A stretch of DNA of 30,480 nucleotides, taken from a virus (taxonomy: Duplodnaviria > Heunggongvirae > Uroviricota > Caudoviricetes). Below are positions 25,742-30,480 of this stretch, one piece after another. The notes under the pieces were generated by a model. It was not told where the DNA came from. It saw only the letters and a program-made list of their open reading frames with translations, and ran no database searches. The stretch is from the IMG/VR virus record IMGVR_UViG_2744054854_000009; one strand, 5' to 3'. The translations under genes and the position numbers were made by a program. Position 1 is the stretch's first letter, and every line of letters starts with the position of its first letter.

Positions 25742-26706
25742 CAGAAAGGCTCCTGCGTTTCACAGCCCTTGGCAGGGTCGAAGCCTAAAAACATCTCGCC
25801 GTAAGTCGCATTCCCCATTACCGGCCCACAATCCGGGCAGCAACCACCGCCAGCACGATCGCAGCCATCACACACGCGAAGAACGCCAATAACCTCGCCA
25901 GCCATATCGCGGCTTTTGGCGCTCACAGAGCGGCGGACACTCAGGGAGTGAAGGTTGAAGGCGGAATAAATTTCGCGAGTTTCAGGCGTGTCGCTGTTTG
26001 AGATGATCGAGCGGGTGGCGTACTGACGGTTAACAGCCACAAGAGCCGCTACCAGAGCGCGATGATCAACCAGGGTAAAGGGTTTGCCGTAAGCGGTGAA
26101 ATTGGCGGTATCGCTCGCAGGAATATAGGGCGGGTCACAATAAATCACCGCGTCATGCGCGAGTTGCATAACGTCAGGGATAGATTGGCGGAAATCACTA
26201 TGGATAAAGACCGCTTTTGTGTCGCTGGCCTTTTCGGCGAATAAGCGCATTTCCGCTTCAGGAAAGTAAGGCTCGGCATACTTACCGAATGGAACGTTGA
26301 ATTCGCCCTTCTGGTTAACGCGATACAGACCGTTATAGCCATGGCGATTCAGATACAGGAAATACGCGGCATAAAGCATTGCTGCGTCCGGATCAGAGTC
26401 AGCCTGGCGGGCCAGTGAATTGAACTCTGTGCGCCGTCTGTAGTATTCCTCCGCACTGTTTCCGCCTTTGAAAGCCCAGCGGCAGGCGGCAATAGCGTCT
26501 TCTTTGCGGCCGGTTAATTGTCGGAAAAAATTAATCAGCGCGATATTGCTGTCGCAGAGAACGTAGCGGCGGTAATCCGTGTTCATAAACACAGTTCCAC
26601 TACCCACAAACGGCTCAATCAGACAATCCGCTTTCGGCAAATGCTTAAGCAGCTGCGGCATAACGCGGGTTTTTCCTCCCGCCCATTTGATTGGCGATCT
26701 GATCAT
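25741..26706 (-). CDS. dam: Dam-family DNA adenine methyltransferase with Cys-rich C-terminal tail
   Basis: 321 aa; PIKWAGGK motif near N-terminus and DPPY catalytic motif; C-terminus RVCDGCDRAGGGCCPDCGP looks like a small zinc-binding extension; AGGAG SD. Confidence 0.9.
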   Translation of the reverse strand: MIRSPIKWAGGKTRVMPQLLKHLPKADCLIEPFVGSGTVFMNTDYRRYVLCDSNIALINFFRQLTGRKEDAIAACRWAFKGGNSAEEYYRRRTEFNSLARQADSDPDAAMLYAAYFLYLNRHGYNGLYRVNQKGEFNVPFGKYAEPYFPEAEMRLFAEKASDTKAVFIHSDFRQSIPDVMQLAHDAVIYCDPPYIPASDTANFTAYGKPFTLVDHRALVAALVAVNRQYATRSIISNSDTPETREIYSAFNLHSLSVRRSVSAKSRDMAGEVIGVLRVCDGCDRAGGGCCPDCGPVMGNATYGEMFLGFDPAKGCETQEPF

Positions 26707-26930
26707 TTGCGAAACTCCTGGTTGTAGGTTTCATGGGTCATGAGTCGCCACTGAGCGCCGCCGTTTTTGCTAAGCAAGCGCCAGCGACGGCCAATGCGGA
26801 TCACGAGATAGGCGTGCGGTTTGACGCGGGAGAAGTTGTGCTGACCACGTGAAAAACATTTCAGGGCGGCAATCGCCCTGGTGCATACAGGCAATGGCGC
26901 GCTGCAAACGATTGAAAGACGCGGATGCAT
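26703..26930 (-). CDS. hypothetical protein (75 aa)
   Basis: Start chosen at ATG 26930 with GAGGG SD (track start is GTG at 26942); stop overlaps dam start (ATGA). Confidence 0.45.
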   Translation of the reverse strand: MHPRLSIVCSAPLPVCTRAIAALKCFSRGQHNFSRVKPHAYLVIRIGRRWRLLSKNGGAQWRLMTHETYNQEFRK

Positions 26931-26938
26931 GGTGGCCC

Positions 26939-27487
26939 TCACAATGTTTCAAGGTGAGGGGAGGTCAGACGTTGCCATATCTCGCAGGCTTGCTCGGCTT
27001 GATAGGCAGCATCGGTCAACATATAGGTAGCCGTTGACCTACGTGGATGGGGGGCATAACCGGTAACGCCTGCCAGCATGATCAGAGAGGCAAGGCAACG
27101 CAGTTTGAATGCGACGAATTGATGTCCCAAATCGTGCCTTCTTGCCGCATGGATTAACCACTGCGGCACTCGAGCAGAGCCCACAGTCCAGCAATTCAAC
27201 TCGGTATGCAGGGAAGCATTTTCGCGAATGAAGGAAAAAAGCCCCGCTACCGCATTAAGTTCAGTGCATGTCGCAGAGATAACCTCTGCTCTTTGATGGG
27301 CATCTCCTTTAAGCAGCTCCAGCACTGCTTCTGGATCGATATATTCAACAGTGCGAAGGTCTACAGCCCGATAATATTGCGGGCCTAACTTTCCTGTTGA
27401 TGGCTCGAAGAAAACACACTCAATAGCAAAGATTGGCGAATCTGGCGCTTTCCCCAGCGCTCGAATATCTAACATGAAGTTATTCAT
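26939..27487 (-). CDS. hypothetical early-operon protein (182 aa); possible exonuclease-fold protein
   Basis: GAGGAT SD; ATGA overlap with upstream ORF; N-terminal FMLDIRALGK and C-terminal YMLTDAAYQ loosely resemble DnaQ-like exonuclease motifs, unverified. Confidence 0.55.
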   Translation of the reverse strand: MNNFMLDIRALGKAPDSPIFAIECVFFEPSTGKLGPQYYRAVDLRTVEYIDPEAVLELLKGDAHQRAEVISATCTELNAVAGLFSFIRENASLHTELNCWTVGSARVPQWLIHAARRHDLGHQFVAFKLRCLASLIMLAGVTGYAPHPRRSTATYMLTDAAYQAEQACEIWQRLTSPHLETL

Positions 27488-27708
27488 TGTTTGTTATCCT
27501 CGTTAATGGTTAATTCGCGGCTTGCGATCCACCGCTCGACTGATGAATAAATCTCTTCTGGTGTGGCGCTTTCCTTTTTCAGCTGGCCGACAAAAATACG
27601 AAGCAACCCCAAAAGGTGGGCGCGTTCGTGTTTTCGTGCGTTGGTGCTTATCTCTACAAACTCCGGATCACTTATTTCGCCATCCAGCTTTATTGACTTA
27701 ACCGACAT
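27484..27708 (-). CDS. hypothetical protein (74 aa)
   Basis: Start chosen at ATG 27708 with AGGAGG SD 5 nt upstream; track start 27729. Confidence 0.55.
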   Translation of the reverse strand: MSVKSIKLDGEISDPEFVEISTNARKHERAHLLGLLRIFVGQLKKESATPEEIYSSVERWIASRELTINEDNKQ

Positions 27709-27775
27709 GCAACCTCCTGAAAAAGGCAAAACGAATCCCCGGCAAAATAAATGCCGTTAATTTAAGCCTGCTTAA

Positions 27776-28048
27776 TTAGTGGTTAGGGCGAGGTTTTCTT
27801 TTAACCTGTTTAAACAACCTTTCGTGCCAGTAATAAAGAAAATCAATAAAGGTCATTCGCGCACGCTCGTGATTACCTCGGATTGTTTTCTCCAGCCCGT
27901 AAATAATCAGATCAATAGACGGGCTATCTGGCGCAATGATAATGCGATTTCCGTTTTTCAAAATTACTGTAAAACCCTGCTCCGCATTTTCTACCGCCTC
28001 GCGGATCAGCATTTCCCGTTCCCACGATGTTTTCTCTTCAGTAAACAT
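27776..28048 (-). CDS. hypothetical protein (90 aa), in lower-GC island
   Basis: ATG with AAGGGG SD; lower GC than flanking phage genes; no family recognised. Confidence 0.55.
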   Translation of the reverse strand: MFTEEKTSWEREMLIREAVENAEQGFTVILKNGNRIIIAPDSPSIDLIIYGLEKTIRGNHERARMTFIDFLYYWHERLFKQVKRKPRPNH

Positions 28049-28065
28049 GTAAGCCCCTTTTCTTG

Positions 28066-28293
28066 TTACAAGAGTTTTTTAAATGCTCTTGCCAGGGTAG
28101 CCAGCACGCCTTTATTTATCTTTTTTGTATAAATAAAAGGTTTGCTCATTTCCTTAACAAAACGAACCTTATTAGGCTCCGGCTTAAAGAAACGCCCGTC
28201 CGGGCATTCAACCCAGCCCCGCGTATTACGGTAGTGTGTAACCTGACAACCATTTTTCAGGAGGCTTGCAAGTGATGGGATCTCTTCGTTCAT
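28066..28293 (-). CDS. hypothetical protein (75 aa), in lower-GC island
   Basis: ATG start, 18-nt spacing to downstream gene; basic, Lys-rich. Confidence 0.5.
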   Translation of the reverse strand: MNEEIPSLASLLKNGCQVTHYRNTRGWVECPDGRFFKPEPNKVRFVKEMSKPFIYTKKINKGVLATLARAFKKLL

Positions 28294-28305
28294 ATCGTAT
28301 ACCTG

Positions 28306-28479
28306 TTAAAGTTGCCCGCGTGCTTTGCGCTCTACTTCTTCCCGGCGCGCTTTAAATTCTGATAAGGCTTTTTCTCTTTTCTGCCTAACTTTCTTGCAGT
28401 GCAACCTGATTAAAAGCTGAATCAGGCTTATTACTGCGATAGAAAAAATTAAGAGCCCAACAATCATTTCAAGCTTCAT
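28306..28479 (-). CDS. small single-pass membrane protein (about 57 aa)
   Basis: Hydrophobic helix IVGLLIFSIAVISLIQLLI followed by a highly basic tail; ATG at 28479 (track start is GTG at 28488); RBS weak. Confidence 0.45.
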   Translation of the reverse strand: MKLEMIVGLLIFSIAVISLIQLLIRLHCKKVRQKREKALSEFKARREEVERKARGQL

Positions 28480-28684
28480 ATTTTTCACCGCGCTTTAATC
28501 TATCAATGGTCACCATTGCCTCTGCAAACGCAAAATCAATACCGAAATAGCAGCCGCCGTGCGTAATCTGATATCGCTGGCGGCTGTATGGTTTTTTGCG
28601 TGGGAGTTTCAGAATGGTAAAGCCACGGTAAAGGCTGGTTTTACTATTCAGCTGCGTCACCGCTCCGCCAAATCCACTTTTCAT
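28469..28684 (-). CDS. hypothetical protein (71 aa), first gene after cox
   Basis: Start chosen at ATG 28684 with GGGAGGGGG SD; track start is GTG at 28726, which would overlap cox. Confidence 0.5.
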   Translation of the reverse strand: MKSGFGGAVTQLNSKTSLYRGFTILKLPRKKPYSRQRYQITHGGCYFGIDFAFAEAMVTIDRLKRGEKYEA

Positions 28685-28710
28685 GTTCCCCCTCCCTGAA
28701 GCGGTTCGCA

Positions 28711-28983
28711 TTAAAGCCCCATCCACAACAACCAGGCATCACGCTGTTCTACCGGGCGGTTGTAATACGCCTCACGCACAGCACGATTGAACTCAGGGAT
28801 GTAAACCCAGCGCTCACCGGCGCGTGCGTTCGGTTTGGTTGGGTCGCGCAGTTCAATCACTGGCAGCTTTCGGGCTTTGATCATTTCTTCTACTGCGGTC
28901 TTAGGTTTGCCGATCAGCTCGGCGAACTTCTCCACATGGACAGCATCAAGCGGATATTTGATTGCGTAATCGCTCGCTTCCAT
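28711..28983 (-). CDS. cox: Cox-like excisionase / early-operon regulator
   Basis: 90 aa; ...EKFAELIGKPKTAVEEMIKARKLPVI...GERWVYIPEFN...RDAWLLWMGL aligns with P2 Cox as recalled; divergent from C. Confidence 0.85.
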   Translation of the reverse strand: MEASDYAIKYPLDAVHVEKFAELIGKPKTAVEEMIKARKLPVIELRDPTKPNARAGERWVYIPEFNRAVREAYYNRPVEQRDAWLLWMGL

Positions 28984-29136
28984 CGTTCACGCTCCTGTTA
29001 GCTCGTGTTAATCTCGTAAGATCCAGCCCTTTCTAAACCGTTTGAAAACGTTCTAGCGGCTGGCTTTCACTCCTCGCAAGGTTCCATAAACGAACCTTGA
29101 TGAGGGCAAATCTAGTTCTAATTTGGAACTCTGTCA
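28984..29136. promoter_or_regulatory. immunity/early control region with divergent promoters and probable operators
   Basis: 153-bp gap between divergent cox and C; short inverted repeats (GTTC-taatttg-GAAC) and repeated TCTAG motifs; operators not assigned. Confidence 0.45.
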
Positions 29137-29430
29137 ATGACCTTTGAAGAGAAGCTAAAGCTGATCCGCAGTGCGGAAGAGATCAACCAAGCACAACTTT
29201 CTGATATGACTGGAATTTCATTAAGTACGTTGAAGAAGATTGAGGCTGGGTATCACGATCCGGGCTGGAATGTTTTAAGCAAGATCACTCAACATCCCCG
29301 CTTTCAGAAATACACGCTATGGCTGATGACTGACAAAACCTCCCCGCAGGCTGGTCAGATTGCACCGGCCCTCGCGCACATTGGGCCAGACTCGCCGGAA
29401 TCAGACCAATCCGAGAAACAGACTGGCTAA
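29137..29430 (+). CDS. C: immunity repressor C
   Basis: 97 aa; ...LSDMTGISLSTLKKIEAGY... HTH and ...QKYTLWLMTDKTSPQAGQIAPALAH... match P2 C repressor as recalled. Confidence 0.85.
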   Translation: MTFEEKLKLIRSAEEINQAQLSDMTGISLSTLKKIEAGYHDPGWNVLSKITQHPRFQKYTLWLMTDKTSPQAGQIAPALAHIGPDSPESDQSEKQTG

Positions 29431-29499
29431 CAGTTTATAAACATTACATTTTCACTATTTGTTACCAAGATAGTGAAATCTGCGCCGGAGGGCTTTCTT

Positions 29500-30480
29500 A
29501 TGTCGATTAAGAAGCTCGATGATGGTCGCTACATGGTGGACATTAGACCGCGCGGGGCAGCAGGACGCCGCATCCGCAAGACGTTTGACAGAAAGGCAGA
29601 AGCTACCGCGTTTGAGCAATACACGATAGCGAACGCCAGCCAAAAAGAATGGGCTGGTAAGCGCGCCGACCGGCGGCCTTTAAGTGAGTTGCTCGATGCC
29701 TGGTGGCGGTATCACGGGCAAAACCATGAAAACGGCAAAAAGGAATTCAATCACCTTTTGAAAACAATAAGTGGCCTCGGCGATCCCGCCGTTAGCCGGT
29801 TAAGCAAAAGGGATTTAATGGATTACCGCTCAAGCCGTTTGAATGCCGGGATCAAGGCATCAACGATTAATCGCGAGATGTACCGATTATCCGGCATGTT
29901 TACGAAGTTAATACAGATAGAGGAATTTAGCGGGCAACACCCTGTTAACGGGCTTCCACCACTGGCGGAAGAAAACCCGGAAATGACATTCCTGGAGCGG
30001 GAAGAGATCAACAGTTTGCTGAGCGTGCTGGAGGGGGATTATCTGTTAGTTGCCCTACTGTGCCTGAGCACCGGCGGAAGATGGTCAGAGGTCGCCACGC
30101 TTAAGCGGTCGAATATCGTTAATTGCCGCGTCACGTTCCTGAAGACCAAGAACGGGAAAAAGCGAACGGTGCCGATCTCTGAAGAGCTGGAAAACAAGGT
30201 GAAAAAAGAGGCCAGCGGGAAGCTGTTCAAAGTGGATTATGAAAGGTTCTGCAAGATACTGCGGGCGGTGAAGCCGGATATTCCGGAAAACCAGGCAACA
30301 CACATCCTGCGACACACCTTTGCAAGCCATTTCATGATGAACGGCGGGAATATTATCGCACTGCAACAGATTCTGGGACATGCGAATATTCAGCAAACGA
30401 TGGTCTATGCGCACCTGTCGCCTGACTACCTGCAAAACGCGGTTACACTGAATCCATTGCAGGGAGGAATTGCGGCATAA
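29500..30480 (+). CDS. int: tyrosine site-specific integrase (P2 Int-like)
   Basis: ATG 29500 with GGAGGG SD (track start is GTG at 29473); C-terminal catalytic motifs HILRHTFASHFMMNGG...LGHANIQQTMVYAHL; stop codon is the last triplet of the window. Confidence 0.9.
   Translation: MSIKKLDDGRYMVDIRPRGAAGRRIRKTFDRKAEATAFEQYTIANASQKEWAGKRADRRPLSELLDAWWRYHGQNHENGKKEFNHLLKTISGLGDPAVSRLSKRDLMDYRSSRLNAGIKASTINREMYRLSGMFTKLIQIEEFSGQHPVNGLPPLAEENPEMTFLEREEINSLLSVLEGDYLLVALLCLSTGGRWSEVATLKRSNIVNCRVTFLKTKNGKKRTVPISEELENKVKKEASGKLFKVDYERFCKILRAVKPDIPENQATHILRHTFASHFMMNGGNIIALQQILGHANIQQTMVYAHLSPDYLQNAVTLNPLQGGIAA

Larger units (their letters stand above)
463..30480. mobile_element. P2-like (Peduovirus-type) prophage, apparently complete gene set; ends/att sites not identified in window
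   Basis: Contiguous P2-type gene set from ogr/D through tail, baseplate, lysis, head, terminase/portal, cos-like site, replication gene A, cox, C repressor and integrase; integrase stop codon is the last 3 nt of the window. Confidence 0.85.

Noticed and set aside
1-30480. tRNA genes, attachment-site cores, CRISPR arrays, insertion sequences
   Set aside because: No tRNA-like structure, no direct repeat shared between the two window ends, no repeat-spacer array and no transposase-like ORF were seen; the att sites probably lie outside the window.

Overview
The window is essentially one complete P2-family (Peduovirus-like) temperate prophage of about 30 kb, of the kind found in enterobacterial genomes. 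It runs from the ogr/D end (left) to the C repressor/integrase end (right); no attachment sites, tRNA, rRNA or CRISPR were recognised. All calls rest on reading the six-frame translations against remembered P2/186 proteins and motifs; no database search was run. Recognisable content: late tail genes (D, FI, FII, E/E', T, U), baseplate and tail fibre genes (V, W, J, I, H, G), tail completion (R, S), a lysis cassette (holin, SAR-type endolysin, overlapped spanins), head and packaging genes (L, M, N, O, P, Q), a cos-like site, the early operon (cox to replication protein A with several small ORFs and two N6-adenine methyltransferases), and C repressor plus tyrosine integrase. The most notable observations are: (1) the FI-FII-E-T-U tail module is inverted relative to canonical P2 synteny, leaving D and FI divergent around a single Ogr-type TGT-N12-ACA box; (2) a Hin/Gin-type tail-fibre inversion system appears decayed: the invertase is frameshifted in a homopolymer, the alternative tail-fibre-assembly gene is 5'-truncated, and tail fibre gene H is broken by a perfect ~100-bp tandem duplication; (3) accessory cargo includes two DNA adenine methyltransferases, a lower-GC island of small ORFs in the early operon, and a promoter-equipped lipoprotein gene beyond ogr.
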